In this document: piece after piece, positions 14,844 to 22,206 of the stretch
How the letters are laid out: each line of letters begins with the position of its first letter
How positions within the stretch are numbered: the first letter of the stretch is position 1
NCBI GenBank assembly: GCA_037133055.1
Contig: JBAXOY010000041.1
Coordinates: 1 to 24,747 of the forward strand
Length of the DNA stretch: 24,747 nucleotides
From: Chlamydiota bacterium
GTDB taxonomy: Bacteria > Auribacterota > Tritonobacteria > UBA1439
Direction of reading: 5' to 3'
Made by a program: the position numbers and the translations under genes
The notes under the pieces: generated by a model
The model's input: the letters and a program-made list of their open reading frames with translations, nothing else
What the model was told of the DNA's origin: nothing
The model's database searches: none

Positions 14844-16463
14844 ATGCTGACCTTCATCTTTCTCATCGCGGTGATAGCCTTCGCGGCGGCCTACGTCGTC
14901 TACGGCCGGTTTCTCACACGGTTCTTCGGCATCGACAACGCCCGACCCACCCCCGCCCACGCGGACTACGACGGGGTGGACAGGGTGCCCGCGCACCGGG
15001 CGGTCCTCTTCGGCCACCACTTCTCCTCGATCGCGGGCGCGGGCCCCATCGTCGGCCCGATCATCGCCTCGGTCGCCTTCGGCTGGCTCCCCGCGCTCCT
15101 CTGGGTCGTGGCGGGGGCGATCTTCATCGGCGGGGTCCACGATTTCGCGACCCTCGTGGTGTCCATCCGGCACCGTGCCCGCTCGATCGCGGAGATCGCG
15201 AGGGAGTACATGTCGCCGCTCGCCTACAAGCTCTTCCTCTCCTTCATCTGGCTCACCCTGGTGTACGTCCTGATCGTCTTCACCGACCTCACCGCGACCA
15301 CGTTCGCCATGGACGGCGGGGTCGCCGTCTCCTCGATCATCTTCATCGCGCTCGCCGTCGGTTTCGGGCTCTGCGTGTACCGCCTGCGGCTCACCGTGCT
15401 CTTCTCCTCGCTCGTCTTCGTGCCGCTGGTGTTCCTCTCGGTGTGGGTCGGCCAGATGGTCCCGATCCGGGCCGATGCCATGCGGGACCTTACCGGCCTC
15501 GACCCCGTCAAGACGTGGGATCTCTTCCTGATCATCTACTGCTTCGCCGCGTCCACGACCCCGGTCTGGATCCTCCTCCAGCCGCGCGACTACCTCTCCT
15601 CGTACCTCCTGTACGCCTCCGTCCTCGGCGGCTTCCTGGGCATCTGCCTCGGCGGCTTTCCCGCGAGTTTTCCCGCCTTTATCGGCTGGTCTGCGCCCGG
15701 GCTGGGGAGTCTGTTCCCGATCCTCTTCATCACGGTCGCCTGCGGGGCCTGCTCGGGGTTCCACGCCGTGGTCGCCTCGGGCACCTCCTCAAAGCAGATC
15801 GACCGCGAATCGGACGCGAGGCTCGTAGGGTACGGGGCCATGCTCGTCGAGGGGCTCGTCGCCGTCATCGCCCTCGCGACGGTCATCATGCTGTCGAGGG
15901 GAGACCCCCTCTCGGGGAGGCCGCCCCTCGAGATCTACGCGACCGGGATGAGCAGGTTCCTCGCGCTCTTTTTCATCCCCGCGAAGACAGGATACTCGTT
16001 CGGGCTCCTCGCCCTCTCCACCTTCATCCTGACCACCCTCGACACCGCCACGCGCCTCGGGCGGTACATCTTCGAGGAGTTCTTCAATCTCACCGGCGCC
16101 GCAACGCGCTACTGGTCCACCCTCGCCACGCTCGTCCTGCCCGCAATCTTCGTGCTCATCACGCTCAGGGACGCGCGGGGAAACCCCGTGCCGGCATGGA
16201 AGGTCATCTGGCCCGCGTTCGGGGCGACCAACCAACTGCTCGCGGCCCTGACGCTCCTCGTCATAACCCTGTGGCTCAAGAAAGGAGGAAGGCGGACCGT
16301 CATCGTGCTCGTCCCCATGGTGTTCATGATCGTCATGACCGTCTGGGCCCTCACGCTGCTCATCGGCCAGTACGGGTGCACGATCATCGGCGCCATCGCG
16401 GCCGTGCTCCTCGTCATGGCGTTCCTGCTGGTCTGGGAGACCATGAAGGCGCTGCGCGCCTGA
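14844..16463 (+). CDS. cstA: carbon starvation protein A family transporter (peptide/pyruvate)
   Basis: TPAH...DGVD.VP, LFGHHFSSIAGAGPIVGP, GGVHDF, LLQPRDYL, ITVACGACSGFH, GYGAMLVEG, TTLDTATRL, FGATNQLLA; GGAG RBS before ATG 14844; TGcTACAAT upstream. Confidence 0.93.
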   Translation: MLTFIFLIAVIAFAAAYVVYGRFLTRFFGIDNARPTPAHADYDGVDRVPAHRAVLFGHHFSSIAGAGPIVGPIIASVAFGWLPALLWVVAGAIFIGGVHDFATLVVSIRHRARSIAEIAREYMSPLAYKLFLSFIWLTLVYVLIVFTDLTATTFAMDGGVAVSSIIFIALAVGFGLCVYRLRLTVLFSSLVFVPLVFLSVWVGQMVPIRADAMRDLTGLDPVKTWDLFLIIYCFAASTTPVWILLQPRDYLSSYLLYASVLGGFLGICLGGFPASFPAFIGWSAPGLGSLFPILFITVACGACSGFHAVVASGTSSKQIDRESDARLVGYGAMLVEGLVAVIALATVIMLSRGDPLSGRPPLEIYATGMSRFLALFFIPAKTGYSFGLLALSTFILTTLDTATRLGRYIFEEFFNLTGAATRYWSTLATLVLPAIFVLITLRDARGNPVPAWKVIWPAFGATNQLLAALTLLVITLWLKKGGRRTVIVLVPMVFMIVMTVWALTLLIGQYGCTIIGAIAAVLLVMAFLLVWETMKALRA

Positions 16464-16485
16464 TGCCGGAACCGCCCCCGATCCC

Positions 16486-16800
16486 ATGCAGACCATCGTG
16501 AATCCGCTGTCGCTGAAAGAACACCTCTCCCGGGGGAAGGAGACCGTCGTCCTCTTCGTCTTCAGCACCTGCCCCTTCTGCAAGGCATTCAGGCCGCGCT
16601 TCGAGGCGTTCGCCGCGCGCGGCGCAGCCGCCCGCGAGCACCTCACGGTGGTGCTCGACGATTTCGGCAACCCGCTCTGGGACGCCTACGGAATCGACGT
16701 CGTGCCGACGGTGATCGTCTTCGCGGGCGATGCGGTGAAGGCGAGGCGGGACGGCCGGGCGGGTGTGGGGCTCACGGAGAAGGACCTGGAGTCGCTCTGA
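16486..16800 (+). CDS. thioredoxin-family protein
   Basis: CPFC active site, YGIDVVPTVIVF cis-Pro segment, 104 aa. Confidence 0.85.
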   Translation: MQTIVNPLSLKEHLSRGKETVVLFVFSTCPFCKAFRPRFEAFAARGAAAREHLTVVLDDFGNPLWDAYGIDVVPTVIVFAGDAVKARRDGRAGVGLTEKDLESL

Positions 16801-16847
16801 GGGTGCGGGGTGCGACGAATGCCCCCCCTGTCTCGCGGGGCCCGGAT

Positions 16848-16873
16848 ACAGGGCACACTTAAGTGTGCCCTGT
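16848..16873. repeat. perfect 26-bp palindrome, copy 2 (contains the nth stop codon)
   Basis: ACAGGGCACACTTAAGTGTGCCCTGT; 24-bp core identical to copy 1. Confidence 0.95.
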
Positions 16874-17527
16874 GAAAACTGCGAAAGACGGGCAGAGGCG
16901 TTTCAGGGGGCACCCCGGGCAGTCCGGCTTCCTCGCACGGCAGACCGCCCTCCCGTGGTTCACGAGCAGGTAGTTGAAATCCAGCCAGTCTTTCCGGGGG
17001 AGGATCGCCATCAGGTCGCGTTCGATCCTGACCGGGTCCTCCTCCGCGCTCAGGCCGAGCCGCTGCGACAGCCGCCGCACGTGCGTGTCCACGGCGATCC
17101 CCTCCGCTTTGCCATAGGCGCTCGAGAGCACGATGTTCGCCGTCTTGCGGGCGACCCCGGGGAGCGACACGAGCTCCGCCATCGTCGCGGGCACCTCGCA
17201 CCCGAACTCCCCCGCGATCATTTTCGCAGCCCCGATGATGTTCCGCGCCTTGTTCCGGAAAAACCCGGTTGAGCGGATTTCCCCCTCGAGGACCGCCTGC
17301 TTCGCCCTCGCGAAGGCGCCCGCGGACGGATACTTCCTGAAGAGGGCCGGGGTGATCATATTGACCCGCGCGTCGGTGCACTGGGCGGAGAGGATGGTGG
17401 CGACGAGGATCTGGAGCGGTGTTTCGTAGCAGAGCGCGGTGCGGCTCCGCGGGTAGGTCCCGCGGAGGATTCCGATGATCCGCCCCGCGAGGGCGGACAA
17501 GGCCTCACGTACGGCGGGTAACTTCAC
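16859..17527 (-). CDS. nth: endonuclease III
   Basis: LVATILSAQCTD.RVN, LPGVARKTAN (HhH), AVDTHV.R, C-x6-C-x2-C-x5-C; start (GTG 17527) is approximate. Confidence 0.93.
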   Translation of the reverse strand: MKLPAVREALSALAGRIIGILRGTYPRSRTALCYETPLQILVATILSAQCTDARVNMITPALFRKYPSAGAFARAKQAVLEGEIRSTGFFRNKARNIIGAAKMIAGEFGCEVPATMAELVSLPGVARKTANIVLSSAYGKAEGIAVDTHVRRLSQRLGLSAEEDPVRIERDLMAILPRKDWLDFNYLLVNHGRAVCRARKPDCPGCPLKRLCPSFAVFTGHT

Positions 17528-17565
17528 CCCCCCACCCCGACCCTCCCCCTCAATGGGGGAGGGGG
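17527..17565. repeat. short palindromic intergenic repeat of the CCCC(T)CACCCnnnCCCTCnCCC-loop-GGGnGAGGG type
   Basis: CCCCCCCACCCCGACCCTCCCCCTCAATGGGGGAGGGGG; stem CCCTCCCCC/GGGGGAGGG. Confidence 0.6.
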
Positions 17566-17661
17566 ATGGTGCGGGAGCCCCCCGAGCGCGCCCCGGTACG
17601 CGCGCGGGCGGCGGTCTCACGGCGCCTCGATGAATCCTGTGCGGGGGCATATCATCGACCG

Positions 17662-18381
17662 TCAACCCTCCGGAGAGAACTGGTCCTTTCCCGCGCCGCA
17701 CACCGGGCACACCCAGGCGTTGGGAAGTTTTTCGAACGGGGTGCCGGCGACGACGCCGTTGTCCGGGTCTCCCTCGGCCGGGTCGTACACGTACCCGCAC
17801 ACGTCGCAGATGTACTTTTGCATGGCATTCTCCTTTCGCTCGTTCGCCTCTGTGCCCGCCGGGGGCGCCGGCATGTAGGTGGGGGCGTTCTTCGGGGTCT
17901 TCCCCCGCAGGTGCTCCCGGTAGTAGGAGTAGGTGAGCGGCTTCCCGGCCTTAAGGGTTTCCGCGCTCACCACGTCCGCGATGAAGATGGTGTGGGTGCC
18001 CGCGTCGACCTGCCCGACGACCCTCCCCTCGAACACCGCGATGCTGTTCTCGATGACGACGGGGCAGCCCGTTTTCCCGACCGTCGCGCAGACCTTCGCC
18101 ATCTTATCAATTTTTCTCCCGGAGTTGAAGCCGAAGATGCCGATGAACTTGAGCGGCGCCGACTCGTCGAGGACCGAGACCGAAAAGGCCCTGCTCTTCA
18201 TGATGTAGTCGTGCGTGAGGTTGCCCTTGTGGATGCAGACCGAGATGCGCGGCGGTTCCGCGGTCACCTGGCACACGGTGTTGGCGATGAGGCCGTCCGT
18301 CCTCTCCCCGTCGCAGGAAGATACGATGTAGAGCCCATACGTCACCTTGAACAGCGCCTTGAGGTCGATCTCCGGATGCAT
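17662..18381 (-). CDS. flavin reductase-rubredoxin fusion (high-molecular-weight rubredoxin, Hrb-like)
   Basis: [35 protein letters not shown]-terminal [15 protein letters not shown]...WVCPVCG. Confidence 0.92.
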   Translation of the reverse strand: MHPEIDLKALFKVTYGLYIVSSCDGERTDGLIANTVCQVTAEPPRISVCIHKGNLTHDYIMKSRAFSVSVLDESAPLKFIGIFGFNSGRKIDKMAKVCATVGKTGCPVVIENSIAVFEGRVVGQVDAGTHTIFIADVVSAETLKAGKPLTYSYYREHLRGKTPKNAPTYMPAPPAGTEANERKENAMQKYICDVCGYVYDPAEGDPDNGVVAGTPFEKLPNAWVCPVCGAGKDQFSPEG

Positions 18382-18432
18382 GGCTCCTTTCCTCTATGCG
18401 GGATGCGCCGACGCCCCGCTCCCCTGTTCTTT

Positions 18433-19356
18433 TTAGGATTTGGGATTCGGGATTCGGGATTTATCTTCCCTCCTCCTCAGCAGATAGGTCTTCACGGTGA
18501 AGGCGGGGCAGTACGATTGCTTCGCCTTCCTCAACCCCTCAATCCCCAGGTCCTGCTCGCGGTTGAGGTACTCGTACATCCCCTGGAGGACGCGGGCGGT
18601 CTCCCAGTTTATCGCCTGCGCGGACCCCTTGATCTCCGGGTCGTACTTTTCGAAATGGATATCCGCGGTGTTCCGGTTCAGCCGGTCGAAGATCGAGAAC
18701 GCCGCAAGCCGCCCGTCGGTGAAGAGGACGAGGCCCTCGAGCCCCAGCTCCCCGAACCGGTCGAAGGCCCGCTTCATCGCCGAGGTTTCGTGGGTGAAGC
18801 CGATCGCCTCGCAGCTCTTATCCTCGCACCACTTCTCGGCCAGACTGAAGCACTCCGCCGCGTGGCGCACCGTCATCGCCTCGCACCGGCAGCCGGGGTT
18901 GTTGCGGCGGAACTGGGACAGGAGGTTCTTTTTCTTGTGCAGCTTGTTTCCCCTCAGCTCCACGAGGGCCTTCGTCGAGTAGACGTAGTCGGCGTTGTCC
19001 GGGTCGACGCGCGGGTCGAAATGCGCCGCGAGGGAGGGGTTCCGCTCGGCGAACTCCGCGTCGACAAGGGCGAAGTCGCCGCTCTTCCCCCGGCTCCGGA
19101 ACGCGTCTGAAATCGCGCTGAGCTCGTCCGCCCCGATCGGCGCCCCGACGGGCATCAGGAGGACATCGTCCTTTCCGCTGTAGACGAGCAGGCGGTCCCG
19201 GTGGATCTTCCACCCGAGCCCGTAGATCTCCCCCCACGCGTACAGGTTGGCGAAGTTGTAGTCCGACGAGACGCGGCCCGCCGCGGCGAGGAACGGCTGG
19301 ACCGCCGCGCGATCGCGCAGCTCCACCGCCTTGAAGGAGCCGGGGTCAAGGGTCAT
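18433..19356 (-). CDS. DUF2156 / phosphatidylglycerol lysyltransferase C-terminal-like (GNAT-fold) protein
   Basis: SDYNFANLYAW, DYVY....L.EL.G.K.HKKKN, IHFEK, YLNREQDLG.EGLRKAK.SY.P; ATG 19356 overlaps the upstream stop. Confidence 0.88.
   Translation of the reverse strand: MTLDPGSFKAVELRDRAAVQPFLAAAGRVSSDYNFANLYAWGEIYGLGWKIHRDRLLVYSGKDDVLLMPVGAPIGADELSAISDAFRSRGKSGDFALVDAEFAERNPSLAAHFDPRVDPDNADYVYSTKALVELRGNKLHKKKNLLSQFRRNNPGCRCEAMTVRHAAECFSLAEKWCEDKSCEAIGFTHETSAMKRAFDRFGELGLEGLVLFTDGRLAAFSIFDRLNRNTADIHFEKYDPEIKGSAQAINWETARVLQGMYEYLNREQDLGIEGLRKAKQSYCPAFTVKTYLLRRREDKSRIPNPKS
18435..18462. repeat. heptamer tandem repeat x4 (RGGATTY)
   Basis: AGGATTT GGGATTC GGGATTC GGGATTT, encoding the KSRIPNPKS tail. 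Confidence 0.8.
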
Positions 19357-19769
19357 CGCCCCCCCCACCGCATGGGGACGTAGCGCCGCATCGCCCCGAA
19401 ACCGAGCCCCCGGTAGAACGCCAGGGATCCCGGCTCCGCGATGAGGCCGATCCAGTCGACCCCGCGGCGCCGGAGGCATCCGACGATCTCGGCGATGATC
19501 CGCTTCCCGACACCCCGATTCCTGAAGCCGTCGAGCACCGTGACATCCTGGATATAGGCGTCGCTCACGCCGTCCGAAAGGCACCGGCCCATCCCGATCA
19601 TCCGCCCCCCGCAAAAAGCCCCCACGAAACAGGTCGAGCCCTTTACGATCGCGTCGAGGTACCCCGGCGGAGGGGGCGAGGCCGGCTTCCACCAGCCCGC
19701 CTCCCGGTAGAGACGCAGCAGGTCCCCGCGGCGCACCCTCCTGACGACCTTCACCTCGATTGTTCCCAT
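19353..19769 (-). CDS. GNAT family N-acetyltransferase
   Basis: IGMGR.LSDGVSDAYIQDV.V...FR.RGVG, FY..LGF; start reassigned to ATG 19769. Confidence 0.9.
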   Translation of the reverse strand: MGTIEVKVVRRVRRGDLLRLYREAGWWKPASPPPPGYLDAIVKGSTCFVGAFCGGRMIGMGRCLSDGVSDAYIQDVTVLDGFRNRGVGKRIIAEIVGCLRRRGVDWIGLIAEPGSLAFYRGLGFGAMRRYVPMRWGGR

Positions 19770-19776
19770 GGATCCG

Positions 19777-20013
19777 TCAGAGCCCCAGGGCGCCGTCGAT
19801 CGCTTCCCGGTCGAACCCGACAATCATCTTTCCGTCGATCTCGATCACGGGGACTCCCATCTGCCCCGACTTGCGCATCATCTCATCGGCCCGCGCGCGG
19901 TCGCCGCCGACGTCGACGTACTCGAACTGCACTTTCTTCCCATCGAGGTACCCCTTCACCTTGGTGCACCAGGGGCACGTGGCCGTCCCGTACACCGTCA
20001 CCTTCGTCGCCAT
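19777..20013 (-). CDS. glutaredoxin-like protein (NrdH/YruB type)
   Basis: CPWC, KSGQMGVPVI, IVGFDR; AAAGGA RBS. Confidence 0.92.
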   Translation of the reverse strand: MATKVTVYGTATCPWCTKVKGYLDGKKVQFEYVDVGGDRARADEMMRKSGQMGVPVIEIDGKMIVGFDREAIDGALGL

Positions 20014-20017
20014 ATGG

Positions 20018-20653
20018 TCATCCTTTCGGTTGATGGTTCGTGCCGCTCACAAGCCGCTCGCCGAGCTCGCGCGCCGCCTGCAGCATCTCCGGCCTTTCCC
20101 CGACGATCCCCTTCCGTTCCACGCCGGGGCAGTAGAGCTCCCCGCCCCAGCGGGCGTGCAGCGTCGCGCTCCAGTTCCTCGCGATCGCCCGCGCGTTCGC
20201 GAAAAAATCCGGCCGGTCCCCTGCGGACACCGCGATGAAGGCGCAGGCCCTCTCCCCGGGGAAAAAGCGCACGCCGCGCCGGCGCCCGGCGAGCCACACG
20301 CACTGAAACCGGTCGATCATCGCCTTCATCTGCGCGCTCAGGCTGCCGAAGTAGATCGGGGACGCGAGGATGACCGCGTCCGCGTCCCGCACCGCGCCGT
20401 AGACGGCATCCATGCCGTCCCGCACGGCGCAGGGTTCGTCTTCGCCCGGCCCGTCGCACGCGCGGCAGGGCGCGATCCCGAGCTCGCAGAGCAGGAGCTT
20501 CCGGGTGCGGGCCCCGCGCCCCGCGGCGCCGCGCAGCGCCTCGTCGAGAAGGAGATCGCTGTTCCCGCCCCTCCGGGGGCTCCCGCCGATGCCGACCAGC
20601 AGCATTGGCTCAGGGTTCAGGGTTCGGGGTTCAGAGTTCAACGCCGCGGTCAT
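20018..20653 (-). CDS. flavodoxin-fold protein (iron-sulfur flavoprotein / NADPH-dependent FMN reductase family)
   Basis: GSPRRGGNS, CRACDG...C, ASPIYFG.LSAQMK..IDR; start is ATG 20653 (coupled to the upstream stop) or 20605. Confidence 0.88.
   Translation of the reverse strand: MTAALNSEPRTLNPEPMLLVGIGGSPRRGGNSDLLLDEALRGAAGRGARTRKLLLCELGIAPCRACDGPGEDEPCAVRDGMDAVYGAVRDADAVILASPIYFGSLSAQMKAMIDRFQCVWLAGRRRGVRFFPGERACAFIAVSAGDRPDFFANARAIARNWSATLHARWGGELYCPGVERKGIVGERPEMLQAARELGERLVSGTNHQPKG
20612..20639. repeat. heptamer tandem repeat x4 (RGRGTTC)
   Basis: AGGGTTC AGGGTTC GGGGTTC AGAGTTC, encoding NSEPRTLNPE. Confidence 0.8.
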
Positions 20654-21111
20654 TTGATGTGCCCCGGCGTGAGGTCGACGATCTCGTCCACCTCGAGGAC
20701 GATGAGACGCTTCGGCGCGGGCAGGAGCGCCTCGGGGTGCCGGGGGTGCCTCTTCTCCCCCTGGATGCTCCTGATGATCCGGTGCGTAATGCGCCCGCTG
20801 ATCTTCCCGCGCCATTCCTCGATCATCGCCGGGTCGATCTCCTCCCTCTTCACGAGCCGGGCAGTCCCCTTCAGGCAGTAGCCCTTGAACCGTTCCTCGT
20901 CCACGACGGTGATGCTCATGCGGGGGTTCGCCTTGAGGTTGCGCGAGGTGCTCCCCGTGTAGAGGTCGAAAAGGTACACGCGGCCCTCGGCCTCCATCTT
21001 CACGATCCCCTTGCAGGCGGCGTGCGGGGTGCCGTCCCGCCCGACGGTCCCGACGATGGCGTAGCGCTGGGCGCCGAAGAACCGGATGATCTCCCGCGGA
21101 ATCTCGCGCAT
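20650..21111 (-). CDS. pyridoxamine 5'-phosphate oxidase-like FMN-binding protein
   Basis: VGTVGRDGTPH, T.RNL.ANP.MSI.V, GYCLKG.A; GGAGGG RBS before ATG 21111. Confidence 0.82.
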   Translation of the reverse strand: MREIPREIIRFFGAQRYAIVGTVGRDGTPHAACKGIVKMEAEGRVYLFDLYTGSTSRNLKANPRMSITVVDEERFKGYCLKGTARLVKREEIDPAMIEEWRGKISGRITHRIIRSIQGEKRHPRHPEALLPAPKRLIVLEVDEIVDLTPGHIK

Positions 21112-21143
21112 CGATCCCTCCCCTCCCCCCCCGCGGCGGCCCT

Positions 21144-21305
21144 TTACCGGCCGCCCGCGATGAGCGCCCCCAGCACCGCGCCGACCACGGTGCTCACCCA
21201 CGGGTTGCTCGTGAGCGGGCACGTCCCCGTCGCGCACCTGCCGAAATACCCCACGGCGAACCCCGCGCCGCCCCCTATCGCGATGCCCAGCAGAAGTCTG
21301 ATCAT
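21144..21305 (-). CDS. small two-helix membrane protein, DUF6132-like
   Basis: 53 aa; two Gly-rich hydrophobic segments flanking CATGTCPLTSNP; AAGGGAG upstream. Confidence 0.78.
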   Translation of the reverse strand: MIRLLLGIAIGGGAGFAVGYFGRCATGTCPLTSNPWVSTVVGAVLGALIAGGR

Positions 21306-21357
21306 GGTCGCGCTTTCTCCCTTCGACGGATAGTATACCCCGGTTCTTTCTTCCGTG

Positions 21358-22206
21358 CTACATGCGCCCGGCCAGCAGGGCGCGGATTTTTTCCGCCCTG
21401 CGGGAGGCGGGGCGGGCGGGGGCAAACCCCTGCTCGAACGAAGGCCTCTCCGCCCGGTAGAAGACCCCGAGCGCGATCCGGCCCTCCGCGCCGTAATTCC
21501 ATTCCCGCGCCCTCGCCGTGGCGGCGTCGAAATCGGCCGGATCGTGTCCCTCGAGTTCGTAGACCCTCTTGTTATAGTCGGCGTAGAGGTTGTAGAACGT
21601 GACGCAGACCTGGAGCACCTCGACCAGCGAGAACCCCCGGTGGCGCATGGCCTGCGCGACGGTCTCTTTCAGGAGGTCCATCCGGTTCGAGTATCCCCGC
21701 GCCACGAAGGTCGCCCCCGCGGCGAGCATGAGTGTGAGCGGGTTCAGCGGGTCCTCCCGCGACCCGTCGGGCGTCGAGCGCCCCCTGAACCCCGGCGGCG
21801 AGGTCGGGGTGCACTGCCCCGTGGTGAGCCCGTAGACCCGGTTGTCGTGGACTAGGACCGTGATGTCGAGGTTGCGCTTCGCGGCGAAGATGAGGTGCTC
21901 GATCCCTTCCCCGTACGCGTCGCCGTCGCCCGCGCACGAGATCACCGTGAGCCCGGGGTTCGCGAGCTTCAGCCCCTCCGCGACGGCCACGCCCCTGCCG
22001 TGGATCGAGTAGAAGGAGTGGACGTTGAGGTAGTCGGCGATCTTCGCGTGGCAGCCGATCCCCGAGACGAGGACCACGCGCTCGAGGGGCGCCCCGGAGG
22101 CCGGGAGCCCGCCGAGCACGCTTTTGAGCGCGTTCAGGATGGCGAAGTTCCCGCAGCCCGGGCACCAGGTGTTCACCGCGCGGGTCGAGAGGTCGCGCGC
22201 GCTCAT
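21358..22206 (-). CDS. 2-oxoacid:ferredoxin oxidoreductase beta subunit (TPP-binding)
   Basis: WCPGCGNF, SGIGC, HGR, GDGD, DNRVYGLTTGQ; ATG 22206 overlaps the alpha-subunit stop. Confidence 0.94.
   Translation of the reverse strand: MSARDLSTRAVNTWCPGCGNFAILNALKSVLGGLPASGAPLERVVLVSGIGCHAKIADYLNVHSFYSIHGRGVAVAEGLKLANPGLTVISCAGDGDAYGEGIEHLIFAAKRNLDITVLVHDNRVYGLTTGQCTPTSPPGFRGRSTPDGSREDPLNPLTLMLAAGATFVARGYSNRMDLLKETVAQAMRHRGFSLVEVLQVCVTFYNLYADYNKRVYELEGHDPADFDAATARAREWNYGAEGRIALGVFYRAERPSFEQGFAPARPASRRAEKIRALLAGRM

Noticed and set aside
14840..16501. 553-aa + strand ORF overlapping cstA
   Set aside because: Off-frame, Arg/Pro-rich shadow of cstA.
14712..16873. Palindromes as integron attC sites or intrinsic terminators
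   Set aside because: No RYYYAAC/GTTRRRY ends or extrahelical bases, no loop or adjacent U-tract, and copy 1 lies between divergent genes.
21332..21401. TATACT upstream of the DUF6132-like gene and a GCAGGGCG/CGCCCTGC hairpin in the OFOR beta 3' end
   Set aside because: The -35 is poor. The hairpin is inside coding sequence, and short GC stems are common at this GC content.
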